A DNA stretch of 64,000 nt from Hyalangium minutum (GTDB lineage Bacteria > Myxococcota > Myxococcia > Myxococcales > Myxococcaceae), in assembly GCF_000737315.1 (NCBI RefSeq), contig NZ_JMCB01000001.1:248001-312000 (forward strand). The letters are read 5' to 3'. Below, one piece after another: positions 29,290 to 38,645 of this stretch. Within the stretch, counting starts at the first letter, position 1. Every line of letters starts with the position of its first letter. The notes beneath the pieces are model-generated. The model saw only the letters and a list, made by a program, of their open reading frames with translations. It did no database searches and was not told the DNA's origin. Made by a program: the position numbers and the translations under genes.

Positions 29290-30024
29290 ATGGCCATCGA
29301 GAAAGCGCTGCTGCTGATCGCGGATATCGGCGGCTACACCCGCTTCATGAAACAGCACCGCTTCAGCCTGGCGCACGCGCAGGACACCATCGCCCAGCTG
29401 CTCGAAGCGGTCATCGACGCTGCCAGCGGCCTCAAGCTCGCCAAGATCGAGGGAGACGCCGCCTTCTTCTATCTCGTGGGCGAGGACTTCAAGGCCATCC
29501 CCCGCAAGGTGTCGAACATCCGCCGCGCCTTCCTCTTGCGGAAGCAGCGGCTCGAGCTGGACCGGATGTGCAACTGTGACGGCTGCCTGCAGGTCCAAGG
29601 GTTGACGCTCAAGTTCGTCACCCACGCGGGAGAGATCGCCTTCCAGAGGGTGAAGCACCTCACCGAGCTGGCGGGCGTCGACGTCATCCTCGTGCACCGG
29701 ATGCTGAAGAATGACGTCCCCGTCCGCGAGTACGTCTTGATGACCGACTCCGTGATCGAACAGCTCGAGCCAGAGCTGCGCCAGCGCAGCCGAGCCCTCG
29801 AGCATGACTTCGAGGGCATCGGCCGCACGGCGACGCACTACTTCGAGATGGATGACTTCGCCGCCTCCCCGCCGGTGTCTCTGGCTCCCAGCCTGCCGCG
29901 CAAGCTGTGGAACAAGGTGACGCTGGAGCTGCGCTCGCTGCCGTACCTGCTCGGGTTCAAGGAGCCCTGTCAGGACTTCCGCAATGTGGAGATCGTCGAC
30001 GGGGCGGACGCCGCGAAGACGTGA
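29290..30024 (+). CDS. DUF2652 domain protein (class III nucleotidyl-cyclase-like fold)
   Basis: LLIADIGGYTRF, KIEGDAAFFY, CNCDGC, LKFVTHAGE, LAGVDVILVHRMLKN. Confidence 0.85.
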   Translation: MAIEKALLLIADIGGYTRFMKQHRFSLAHAQDTIAQLLEAVIDAASGLKLAKIEGDAAFFYLVGEDFKAIPRKVSNIRRAFLLRKQRLELDRMCNCDGCLQVQGLTLKFVTHAGEIAFQRVKHLTELAGVDVILVHRMLKNDVPVREYVLMTDSVIEQLEPELRQRSRALEHDFEGIGRTATHYFEMDDFAASPPVSLAPSLPRKLWNKVTLELRSLPYLLGFKEPCQDFRNVEIVDGADAAKT

Positions 30025-30123
30025 CCCCAGAAGCGGCCACCAGCGAACTCACCCCTCCCACGGGCTCGAACCTGGGCTGCTCGTGGTGGACCCGAGCGTA
30101 TGACGTGTCATGCTGCGGCCGCG

Positions 30124-30909
30124 ATGAGCGATACGAGCGGTCAGCCGGCCCGCAAGCTGATGATTGAGGTGCAAGACCTCCACAAGTCCTTCGGCGATCA
30201 CCCCGTGCTGCGGGGCGTGAACCTCGAGGTGACCGAGGGCACCACCTGTGTGCTGATGGGCGTGTCGGGCTCGGGCAAGACGGTGCTGATGAAGCACCTG
30301 GTGGGCCTGCTGCAACCCGACCGCGGCTCGGTGCGCGTGGACGGCGAGGACCTGTCGAAACTGGGTGAGGCGGGAATGGATGCGCTGCGCCGCAAGCTGG
30401 GCATCCTGTTCCAGGCCAATGCCCTCTTCGACTCGCTCACCGTCTACGACAACGTGGCCTTCCCGCTGCGGGAGCGCACCCGGATGTCGGAGGACGAGAT
30501 CCGCGAGGCCGTGAACAAGGCGCTGGCCGTGGTGAGCCTGTCGCACGCGTCCCAGAAGTTTCCGGGCGAGCTGTCGGGCGGCATGCAGAAGCGCGTGGGC
30601 TTCGCGCGGGCCGCCATCCTCCAGCCGAAGCTCCTCCTCTATGACGACCCGACGGCCGGCCTGGACCCGCTCACCACCGCCTCCGTCAACGAGGTCATCT
30701 TCACCGGCAAGCAGCAGCTGGGCGCCACCTCGCTCGTCATCACGCCGGACGTGGCCTCCGCGTTCCGCGTGGGCGACGTCCTCGCCCTCATGCATGAGGG
30801 CCGCGTGGTGGAAATGGGCCCGCCCGATCAATTCCGCCGCTCGGAGCACCCGGCGGTGAAGGCGTTCCTCCACACCTGGCTGCAGCGCCAAGCTCAGCGT
30901 GCCCGCTGA
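30124..30909 (+). CDS. MlaF/Ttg2A-like ABC ATP-binding protein with degenerate catalytic residues
   Basis: GVSGSGKT and LSGGMQKR are intact; Walker B reads LLLYDDP (not DEP) and the H-loop reads VITPD (not THD). Confidence 0.85.
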   Translation: MSDTSGQPARKLMIEVQDLHKSFGDHPVLRGVNLEVTEGTTCVLMGVSGSGKTVLMKHLVGLLQPDRGSVRVDGEDLSKLGEAGMDALRRKLGILFQANALFDSLTVYDNVAFPLRERTRMSEDEIREAVNKALAVVSLSHASQKFPGELSGGMQKRVGFARAAILQPKLLLYDDPTAGLDPLTTASVNEVIFTGKQQLGATSLVITPDVASAFRVGDVLALMHEGRVVEMGPPDQFRRSEHPAVKAFLHTWLQRQAQRAR

Positions 30910-30959
30910 GACACAGTCCCGGGAGTGGATCGCCTGGCTCCCCGAGTGACTGCCTGGAT

Positions 30960-32066
30960 TTGGATGCTCAGCCGAGGCAAGCTCACGCTGTGTTGAGACG
31001 ATCCCGGCTCCCTCTCCCGCTGTTGGCCTCGGTGCTCCTGCACGCCGTGGCCCTGCTGGTGCTGTCGCGGGTCTGGTCCACCGAGAATGAGCCGCGAGTG
31101 CCAGCTCCGCAGCCCTTGGAGTTGGAGATCGTCTACGCACCCCAGGCGCAGCCGCCCGCCCAGGCAAGTGCCCCGCCCGCTCGCAAGGTGCCTCGCTCGC
31201 GGCAGCCAGCCCCCGTGGCTCCCATCCAGAAGGAGCCAGACTCTCCCGCGAGCAGCAGCGCCCCTGAACAGGTGGCGCAGAAGCCCGAGGCGCCGCCCCC
31301 TGCCGAGCAAGCTCCTTCCTTGGCAACGGACGCGCCCCGAGCCCCGCCCCGGCTGACGCTCCTCCCGCAGCACCTGCCGGGCGGCGTGCCCGTGGTGGAG
31401 GAGCCGCCCTCGCGAGGCCGGACCCTCCAGAACCGGCCAGAAGAGGTTCCGGATCCGCAGGTACTGGCGGAGTATCAGGCGGAGGAGGCCCGGGCCCGGA
31501 TTCAAGGCATGGCCGAGGACACGCTCGCGACAGCGCGGGCGAATCGTGGGGTGACCCCTCCTTATTTCCGGCAGCTGCAGCGCTCCTTCGCGGAGCAGCT
31601 GGTGGACCCGCCGTCGCCCGATGTGGACGTGCTCGCCAAGCGGATGGTGCGCGACCAGATCGATGCCATCCAGCGCTTCGGCAAGACGGGCAGCCCCGTG
31701 GTCGCACCCGAGCAGCGGGATCACCGCCTCGAGCAGCAGAACCGGATCCAGGCAGCGGCCGAGGCAGGCCGCGCCACCAACATGTACATGGTGGACGTCA
31801 CCGCTCCCGTGCTCGCGCTCGCTGCCGTGGTCGAGGTCTGGCAGGAACCCGACGGCAAGCTCCGCGGCCTCAAGTTGCTGATGAGCTCAGGCGACCCGAC
31901 CTTCGACTCCTGGGCCGTCTCCCGGCTGCGCCATGCGTTCGCCACCGTGAGCGCCCCGCCGGACGCCGGGGTCGGTATCCACGACAGCGGCCTCCGGACC
32001 CGCTGGCGGCTGGAGGAGTACCTCGGCAACCCCCGGGTGCAGATCCACCTGATCGGCATCTACTGA
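30960..32066 (+). CDS. TonB-like energy-transducer family protein (myxobacterial)
   Basis: N-terminal anchor LLASVLLHAVALLVL, long Pro-rich linker, C-terminal SSGDPTFDSWAV TonB_C-like segment. Start uncertain. Confidence 0.65.
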   Translation: MDAQPRQAHAVLRRSRLPLPLLASVLLHAVALLVLSRVWSTENEPRVPAPQPLELEIVYAPQAQPPAQASAPPARKVPRSRQPAPVAPIQKEPDSPASSSAPEQVAQKPEAPPPAEQAPSLATDAPRAPPRLTLLPQHLPGGVPVVEEPPSRGRTLQNRPEEVPDPQVLAEYQAEEARARIQGMAEDTLATARANRGVTPPYFRQLQRSFAEQLVDPPSPDVDVLAKRMVRDQIDAIQRFGKTGSPVVAPEQRDHRLEQQNRIQAAAEAGRATNMYMVDVTAPVLALAAVVEVWQEPDGKLRGLKLLMSSGDPTFDSWAVSRLRHAFATVSAPPDAGVGIHDSGLRTRWRLEEYLGNPRVQIHLIGIY

Positions 32067-32126
32067 GCCGCTGCTTCCGGATCGAACGCAGCTGCTTCCC
32101 TTCCGAACACGGCCTCTCGTGGCGCT

Positions 32127-32231
32127 CTCGCGCCGCTGCTGCAAATTCCGCAGTTCGTGCTGCGGCTCCCGCACTTCGAAATGCAGTCCCCGCAGTCCGC
32201 GCTGCGACTCCCGCATCTGCAGGGCGTGACG
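32127..32231. repeat. Tandem 21-bp imperfect palindromic units (CCGCA-N8-TGC.G)
   Basis: CCGCA at 32148, 32169, 32190 and 32211 (exact 21-bp period); unit 1 is CCGCAG-N6-CTGCGG. Confidence 0.75.
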
Positions 32232-32236
32232 AAGAG

Positions 32237-32253
32237 TTGGACCGCGCCTTGCT
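32237..32253 (+). promoter_or_regulatory. Candidate sigma54 promoter of the S8 peptidase
   Basis: TTGGACCGCGCCTTGCT: GG-N10-GC with TTGC at -12. Confidence 0.45.
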
Positions 32254-32318
32254 CTAAGGGCTGGCATCCCGGCTTCGAGAGGAACCGGGTTCAACCCCTC
32301 CCTGAAAGAAGGCACGTC

Positions 32319-34019
32319 ATGAAGAAGCATGCAGCGTCGACCCTCCGCGTCTCCTCTTCGCTCCTCGGCAATGGACTGCAGAAGTTCGGGCGAGGCCTCC
32401 TCGCGCTCGGCCTGCTCACGGCGGGGGCCTGCGCGCCCGAGTCCGAGGAAGCACTCCCAGAGAGCACGCTGGTGACGGGAACCCAGGCGCGCTTCCTGCG
32501 CTCGGAGAAAGCCGTGCCGGGTCAGTACATCGTCGTGCTGAAGAAGGCGGAGAAGAACTCTGAAGCACTGAGCGTCTCGAAGTCGACACGCTCGCTCGAG
32601 GCGCGCCACGGCGTGCGCGCGGAGAAGCTGTACGAGCACGCGCTGCACGGCTTCGTGATGCGCGGGAGCGAGAAGCAGGCCCTCGCGCTGGCCGAGGATC
32701 CGGACGTCGCCTACGTCGTCGAGGACAGCTGGGTGGAGGCCTCCACGACCCAGTCGAACGCCACCTGGGGACTGGATCGCATCAACCAGCGCTACCGTCC
32801 GCTGGACTCCACGTACACGTATACGGCCACCGGTAGCGGCGTGCATGCCTACGTCCTCGACACGGGCATCCGCTCCACGCACTCCCAGTTCGGAGGGCGC
32901 GTCTCGCTGGACTACACGTCCGTCAGCGACGGCAACGGGGCCAGTGACTGCCACGGCCACGGCACGCACGTGGCAGGCACCATCGGCGGCGCCACCTACG
33001 GCGTGGCCAAGAACGTGAGCCTGCACTCGGTGCGCGTGCTGGACTGCGACGGCTCGGGGACCTCGTCCGGCGTCATCGCGGGCGTGGACTGGGTGACGGC
33101 CAACCACATCAAGCCCGCCGTCGCCAACATGAGCCTGGGGGGCGGCGGGAACCAGGCGCTGGATGACGCGATCAACACCTCCATCAACGCGGGCGTCGTC
33201 TACGTGGTCGCCGCGGGCAACAACAACGCGGATGCGTGCAGCTACTCGCCCGCGCGAGTGGCCAACGCCCTCACGGTGGGCGCCAGCACCAGCAGCGACG
33301 TGCGGGCCTCCTACTCCAACTACGGCTCATGCCTGGATCTCTTCGCGCCCGGCTCGGACATCACCTCGGCGTACAAGAACAGCGACACGTCCACCGCGGT
33401 GATGAGCGGCACCTCCATGGCCAGCCCGCACGTGGCAGGCGCTGCGGCCCTGTACCTGCAGTTCAACCCCTCCTCCACCCCGAGCGCGGTGATGACCGCG
33501 CTCAAGAACTCCGCCTCCTCCGGCGGCGAGGTGACGGGGGTGGGCACGAACTCGCCCGCGCTGCTGCTCTTCACCGGCTGGACGGCAGCCAGTTCCAGCC
33601 TCGTCTCCATCCGCACCGGCGCGGGCTACTACTTCATCGCGAGCGGCGGTGGCGGGAGTGATGTGAACGCCGCATTCCAGGCCATTGGCACGCACGAGAA
33701 GTTCAACCTGATCGACGTGAACGGCGGCACGCTGGAGAACGGCGACACCGTGAACCTCCAGGCCTACCAGGGCCAGTACTTCGCCGCCGAGGGCAACGGT
33801 GGCAGCACGACGAAGGCCACGGTGTGGCAGGCTGGAGCCTGGGAGACGTTCCGCATGTGGAAGATCGGCGGCACGGGCACGACGATCAACAACGGGGACT
33901 CGTTCGCGCTGCAGTCCGGCAATGGCAACTACGTGGTGGCGGAGGGCAACGGCGGTGGCGACGTGAACTGCAACCGCACGGCCATCGGCCCCTGGGAGAC
34001 GTTCACCCTGGTGAAGTAG
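32319..34019 (+). CDS. S8 subtilase (aqualysin/proteinase K type) lipoprotein with I9 prodomain and C-terminal fascin-like beta-trefoil
   Basis: Lipobox TAGAC; [25 protein letters not shown] triad; three G.WE.F-like repeats at the C-terminus. Confidence 0.95.
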   Translation: MKKHAASTLRVSSSLLGNGLQKFGRGLLALGLLTAGACAPESEEALPESTLVTGTQARFLRSEKAVPGQYIVVLKKAEKNSEALSVSKSTRSLEARHGVRAEKLYEHALHGFVMRGSEKQALALAEDPDVAYVVEDSWVEASTTQSNATWGLDRINQRYRPLDSTYTYTATGSGVHAYVLDTGIRSTHSQFGGRVSLDYTSVSDGNGASDCHGHGTHVAGTIGGATYGVAKNVSLHSVRVLDCDGSGTSSGVIAGVDWVTANHIKPAVANMSLGGGGNQALDDAINTSINAGVVYVVAAGNNNADACSYSPARVANALTVGASTSSDVRASYSNYGSCLDLFAPGSDITSAYKNSDTSTAVMSGTSMASPHVAGAAALYLQFNPSSTPSAVMTALKNSASSGGEVTGVGTNSPALLLFTGWTAASSSLVSIRTGAGYYFIASGGGGSDVNAAFQAIGTHEKFNLIDVNGGTLENGDTVNLQAYQGQYFAAEGNGGSTTKATVWQAGAWETFRMWKIGGTGTTINNGDSFALQSGNGNYVVAEGNGGGDVNCNRTAIGPWETFTLVK

Positions 34020-34051
34020 TCCCCTGAACGCACAGCCTTGCGGAGAACGGC

Positions 34052-34079
34052 CGCGGGCCCGGCTCACACCGGGTCCGCG
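34052..34079. terminator. GC-rich hairpin between convergent protease genes
   Basis: CGCGGGCCCGG-CTCACA-CCGGGTCCGCG, 11-bp stem with one G-T pair; no U-tract. Confidence 0.55.
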
Positions 34080-34095
34080 CGCCTGCGGCTTCCGC

Positions 34096-35361
34096 TCAGC
34101 AGCCCACGAAACCCTGGCAGTAGGGGACAACCCCCAACTCGTTCTGGATGGAGCCCAACGGGGCGAAGGCGAAGTTCCATGGGTCGGAGCCCGCGCCCCA
34201 CATGAGACCCGTTAGCTGGGCGGTGTTTCCAGACAAGAAGTACACTGGCGAGCCGCTGTCTCCAGGCGCGCCATTCTGCTGCGAACTGGTCGCAATGTAG
34301 TTGCAAAAATAGGTGTGCGGGGTGCTCCCCGAGTTGACGGTGGCGCACGCCCACTGGATGGAGCCGCTCGTGGTGCCGCTCGTGCGGCCCGTCTTGTAGA
34401 CAATCTGTCCCTGCGAGGGGTACAGCACCTTGCCAGGTACCTCTAGCCAGCTGGAGATGCCCAGGTTGAAAGCTCCGGGAGTCATCGCCACCAGTGGGCT
34501 GACGCTGGTGCTGGCACTGAAGAAGGCGCTGTCGCTGTAGCGGCAGATGCGCCCCGCTGGGCAGCTGCCGCCACTGGTATAGGAGGGATCGGTGATCTCC
34601 GTTCCGGCGTGGTTTGGGTAGACCGCCTGATAGGCGGGCGTGTACTCGACACCGCCCTGGGTCTGGGTGCAGTGCGAGTTGGTCACGAAGCCGAGCGTGC
34701 CGCCCTGGAGCGCGGCGAAGCCCAGCGTGCAGTAGCTGCCCGGTGTCTCGATCTGGAGCCCTCCGGTGATGGGCCGCCAGCCACCCTGCACGTTGGTGGG
34801 GAAGATCGGGCCCACCTCGACGATGTCGATGGCGTCACGCGCCACCCCCAGCCGCTCGATGGCCTTCTCGAGGCTCGGCTTCACCTCCGCGCGCTCGACG
34901 CCGATGGCGACGCGGTTCGACTTCTCATCTACGTCCGTGAGCACGACGCCCGCCTGGGACAGAACGTCAGGAGTGATGCGCTCCTGCAGCGCCTTGAGCT
35001 GGGCGAAGCTGCGCGCAGCTGGCTCCGTCACCATGCCTTCCGCCGGCAGCTTCTCTGGCCCGAACACTGCGGCGATGGCGCGCTGGGCTGCTGGCGCCGC
35101 GGAAGCGTGGACGAGGCGCACGACGAGGCGGCCCTTCTCGTCGTAGTACATCCCCCCGAAGCCGGGAACCGAGGCCTCGACCTGGAGCAGCGCGTCGTCC
35201 AGCGTCCGCTGCCGCAGCGGGCTGAAAGGCACATCCGTCCGCAGGTCCGCCGCACGGGAGACTGATACGACCGCTTCCTCCTGCTCGGGGGCTCCTTCAC
35301 AGCCCACCAGCCACAGTGTGGCCCCGGCCGCCGCCACGCGCAGGATGCTCTGCTTCGACAT
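34096..35361 (-). CDS. S1 (alpha-lytic/streptogrisin-like) serine protease lipoprotein with prodomain
   Basis: Lipobox LVGC; YCTLGF, VTNSHC, SDSAF, PGDSGSP. Confidence 0.9.
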   Translation of the reverse strand: MSKQSILRVAAAGATLWLVGCEGAPEQEEAVVSVSRAADLRTDVPFSPLRQRTLDDALLQVEASVPGFGGMYYDEKGRLVVRLVHASAAPAAQRAIAAVFGPEKLPAEGMVTEPAARSFAQLKALQERITPDVLSQAGVVLTDVDEKSNRVAIGVERAEVKPSLEKAIERLGVARDAIDIVEVGPIFPTNVQGGWRPITGGLQIETPGSYCTLGFAALQGGTLGFVTNSHCTQTQGGVEYTPAYQAVYPNHAGTEITDPSYTSGGSCPAGRICRYSDSAFFSASTSVSPLVAMTPGAFNLGISSWLEVPGKVLYPSQGQIVYKTGRTSGTTSGSIQWACATVNSGSTPHTYFCNYIATSSQQNGAPGDSGSPVYFLSGNTAQLTGLMWGAGSDPWNFAFAPLGSIQNELGVVPYCQGFVGC

Positions 35362-35564
35362 AGGTGCTCTCTCCTGGAGAAACGAGTGATGCCCACAGCG
35401 CCAGCATTCAGAGGCTGAGCGGGGGGAGCACTTTACCACCCGTGTTGGCTCTTCCTGCCTGGGAGTACGCCAGCGCGAGCACTTGGTTGGATAGACGTCT
35501 ATCGCGCGCAGCCACCCCGCAGCGCTCCATCGCGTGGGCCCTCTCCACGCAGTGGAGGACGTTC

Positions 35565-37115
35565 TCACGCCGTGGACTCGAACCACGGAACTTCCTGTGA
35601 GGAGCCCACGGCTGGCAGCAGCTCCAGCATGGAGAGCAGCCGCTGGATGTCGAGGGGCTTGTCCATGCAGGGGTTGCGCGCCGTGCTCAAGAAAGCGCGC
35701 GTCTCCTCCGTGAAGGCCCCGCCCGTCATGAAGATGACCCGCTGGGCCTGCTCCGGAGCCAGCCGCTCCAGTTCCTGGTGAAACTGGGAGCCGCTCATCT
35801 CCGGCATCATCAGATCGCAGAGGATGGCGTCAAAGCGATGGCCCGAGGTGACATGCGCCAGGGCATCCTGGGCCCGCTCGAACGTGATGACCTGGTGCCG
35901 AGTCCCCAGCAACCGCCCCAGGGCCTTGCCCACGGCCGCCTCGTCGTCGAGCACGAGCACTCCCAGCTTCTTGCGGGGCTCCCTCGGCTTCGACTCCTGC
36001 ACGAGGTCCTGCTCCTGGGCCACGCGAAGCTGGATCCAGAACGTGCTGCCCTGGCCAGGCTCGCTGTCCACGCCGATGCCGCCGCTCATCTCGGTGACGA
36101 GGCGGCGGCAGATGGACAGCCCCAGCCCAGTGCCCACCCCCACCGGCTTCGTGGTGAAGAAGGGCTCGAAGATCCGCTCGCGCAGCTCCGGCGGAACGCC
36201 CGCCCCGGTGTCGTGGATCTCCACCCGCACCCACTCACCGACCCGCCGGGTCACCACCCGAATCTCATGCGCGTCCCTGTAGCCCTCGGGGATGGCGTGG
36301 GCCGCGTTGATGATGAGGTTGAGGAGGACCTGCCCCAGCCGCGCCTCGCTGCCGTGCGCGGAGGGAATCTCCCCGTAGTCCTTCACGAGCTGGGCCCGGT
36401 GGAAGAGCTGGTTGTGCGCCATGCGCAGCGCCGAGTCCAGCACCCGGTGCACATCCGTCGGGCCGAAGTTCTGCCCCTCGGGGCGGGAGAAGATCTTGAT
36501 GTCCCGGATGATGTCCCGGATGAGCCCGGCGCACGAGAACGCCTCGCGCAGCGCCTGCTGCGTCTCCTGAGAGCCCCCCTCCGCCTCGACGTTGGACAGG
36601 CCGAACTCCAGGTTCATCATCACCGAGGCGAGCGGGTTGTTGAGCTCATGCGCCACGCTGGCGGCGAGCATGCCCAGCGAGGCCAGCCGATCCGACAGCA
36701 TCAGCTGCTCCTGCATCGTGCGGCGCTCGGCGCGCAGCTCCGCCTCGCGAAGCTCGCGGGCCACGGCCGGGCCCAGCCGCCCCAGCCGATCCTTGAGCAC
36801 GAAGTCATGGACGCCCGCCTTCATCGCGGCCACCGCCACGTCCTCGCCGATCTTCCCTGACACGATGAGGAACGGCACATCCAGCCCTCGCTGCCGCACC
36901 AGGGCGAACGCGCTCAGTCCGTCGAACTGCGGCAGCGCATAGTCCGCGATCACCGCGTCCCAGGTCCCAGCGCTCAGCGCGCGCTCCAGCCCCTCACGCG
37001 TCTCGACGCGGGAGTGCGAGACGTCGTAGCCGCTGCGCCGCAGCTCCCGCAGCAACAGGGTGGCATCGTCATCGGAGTCCTCCACGAGGAGCAACCGCAG
37101 AGGCTGAGCGCTCAT
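35565..37115 (-). CDS. Hybrid REC-HisKA-HATPase-REC kinase
   Basis: LVEDSDDD/IADYALP; VAHELNNPL; GTGLGL; C-terminal VLDDE/ILCDLMMP. Confidence 0.95.
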   Translation of the reverse strand: MSAQPLRLLLVEDSDDDATLLLRELRRSGYDVSHSRVETREGLERALSAGTWDAVIADYALPQFDGLSAFALVRQRGLDVPFLIVSGKIGEDVAVAAMKAGVHDFVLKDRLGRLGPAVARELREAELRAERRTMQEQLMLSDRLASLGMLAASVAHELNNPLASVMMNLEFGLSNVEAEGGSQETQQALREAFSCAGLIRDIIRDIKIFSRPEGQNFGPTDVHRVLDSALRMAHNQLFHRAQLVKDYGEIPSAHGSEARLGQVLLNLIINAAHAIPEGYRDAHEIRVVTRRVGEWVRVEIHDTGAGVPPELRERIFEPFFTTKPVGVGTGLGLSICRRLVTEMSGGIGVDSEPGQGSTFWIQLRVAQEQDLVQESKPREPRKKLGVLVLDDEAAVGKALGRLLGTRHQVITFERAQDALAHVTSGHRFDAILCDLMMPEMSGSQFHQELERLAPEQAQRVIFMTGGAFTEETRAFLSTARNPCMDKPLDIQRLLSMLELLPAVGSSQEVPWFESTA

Positions 37116-37157
37116 CTCACACCTCGCATGGCTCGAGGGCTGACGCGAAGCGGAGCC

Positions 37158-38312
37158 TCAGTCATGGTTGGGCTCCCGGGGAGCTCGGGGGGCTGAGAGG
37201 TGAGGGAGCTCGTTCAGGGTGAAGAAGAAGCAGGCGCCCTGGCCCGGCTGGCCCTCGCCCCAGATGTGCCCGCTATGGCGGCGGATGATGCGCTGCACGG
37301 TCGCCAGCCCTACGCCGTTGCCCTCGAACTCCGCCTGCGAGTGCAGCCGCTGGAAGACTCCAAACAGCTTGTGCTGATAGGCCATGTCGAAGCCGGCGCC
37401 ATTGTCCTTCACGAAGTAGGTGCGGCGCCCTTGCTCCTGCGTCACGCCGAACTCGATCTCTGCCACGGGGCGCTCGCGCGTGAACTTCCAGGCGTTGCCC
37501 AGCAGGTTCTCCAGCACGGAGCGCAGCAGCTGCGAGTCGCCCCGGTCCACCAGCCCCTCCTGCAGCGTGAGGTGCACGGTGCGCCCGGGGTACTGGACCT
37601 GGAGCTGCTCGGAGACGGCCTTCGCCAGGGCCGTCAGGTCGCACCGGGTGGAGACCAGCGGCGTGCGGTGGACCCGCGAGAGCGCCAGGATGCCGTCAAT
37701 GAGCTCGGACATGCGCTGGGTCGAGCCGAGGATGCGCCGCAGATAGTCCTGGCCTGTCGCGTCCAGCTGGGCAGCGCAGTCGTCTGTCAGCGCTTCACTG
37801 AAGCTGGTGATGGCGCGCAGCGGAGCGCGCAGATCATGCGCCACGGAATAGGCAAAGGACTCCATCTCCCGGTTGGCGAACTCGAGCTGAGCGGTGCGCT
37901 CGGCGATGCGACGCTCGAACTCTTCGTTCGGATGGCTTGGCTTCTCGTCTTCGCTCCGGCCGGCCTCGTCCAGGCCCTTCACGAGCGACATGCCGCCAAT
38001 GACCTGCCCCTGCTCATCACGCAGGGGGATGCCATTGCAGCGCACGCGCCTGCCCTCCGGCATGTTCCCGTTGCGGATGAACAGCTCCAGTTCCTGGACT
38101 TCCTCTCCCTTCAACGCTTGCCAGAGGGGCAGCTGTTCCATGCCGCTGGGGCCTACCAGTTGCTCGGCATCAGGACTGGAGTAGACGAGGGTACCCCTGG
38201 CATCGGCGATGACGAGCCCCTCGGAGAGGGCGGCCAGAGCCGAGTGAAGGAGCTGCCGGTGCCCGAGCTGGAGGAGCGCTCCTTCGAGTGGGTTGTGTTC
38301 GGGGTGTGGCAT
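37158..38312 (-). CDS. PAS sensor histidine kinase
   Basis: PAS region, SVAHDLRAPLR, NAWKF, DNGAGF, GVGLAT; start inferred at ATG 38312. Confidence 0.93.
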   Translation of the reverse strand: MPHPEHNPLEGALLQLGHRQLLHSALAALSEGLVIADARGTLVYSSPDAEQLVGPSGMEQLPLWQALKGEEVQELELFIRNGNMPEGRRVRCNGIPLRDEQGQVIGGMSLVKGLDEAGRSEDEKPSHPNEEFERRIAERTAQLEFANREMESFAYSVAHDLRAPLRAITSFSEALTDDCAAQLDATGQDYLRRILGSTQRMSELIDGILALSRVHRTPLVSTRCDLTALAKAVSEQLQVQYPGRTVHLTLQEGLVDRGDSQLLRSVLENLLGNAWKFTRERPVAEIEFGVTQEQGRRTYFVKDNGAGFDMAYQHKLFGVFQRLHSQAEFEGNGVGLATVQRIIRRHSGHIWGEGQPGQGACFFFTLNELPHLSAPRAPREPNHD

Positions 38313-38495
38313 GACATTCCAAGGTGCAAAGTCGGTCCCCCAACATACGCGAGTCCTCGTACAACTGTCATGTGGTAGACGCTCCAGGCCCACCGGGACA
38401 GCGCGTCCGGCTCCGGGTGACTGCGCGTCATTCGCACGTGTCCGCCGCTGGAGCACCTCCTGCGCAAGAGGACTTTCATTTCTTGTCTGCTTCTT

Positions 38496-38612
38496 CTTTC
38501 GCATCAGCGCTGCACAGGAAATGAACTCCTGACGCTCTTTTCACACTCGCGCTGCACAGCCATGGAAATTGATTGGGCGTGATAGCAATTTGAATTCTTC
38601 ACTTGTTATAAT
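38496..38612 (+). promoter_or_regulatory. Promoter region of the NRPS-PKS: GCGCTGCACAG direct repeat and extended -10
   Basis: GCGCTGCACAG at 38507 and 38549 (42 bp apart); TGTTATAAT at 38604-38612 in an AT-rich tract. Confidence 0.55.
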
Positions 38613-38645
38613 CCTGATATCACCTCTGACTTCTCATCCTCGGCC

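Noticed and set aside
32127-32231. CRISPR-like interpretation of the 21-bp repeats
   Set aside because: No unique spacers, units too short and degenerate, no cas genes.
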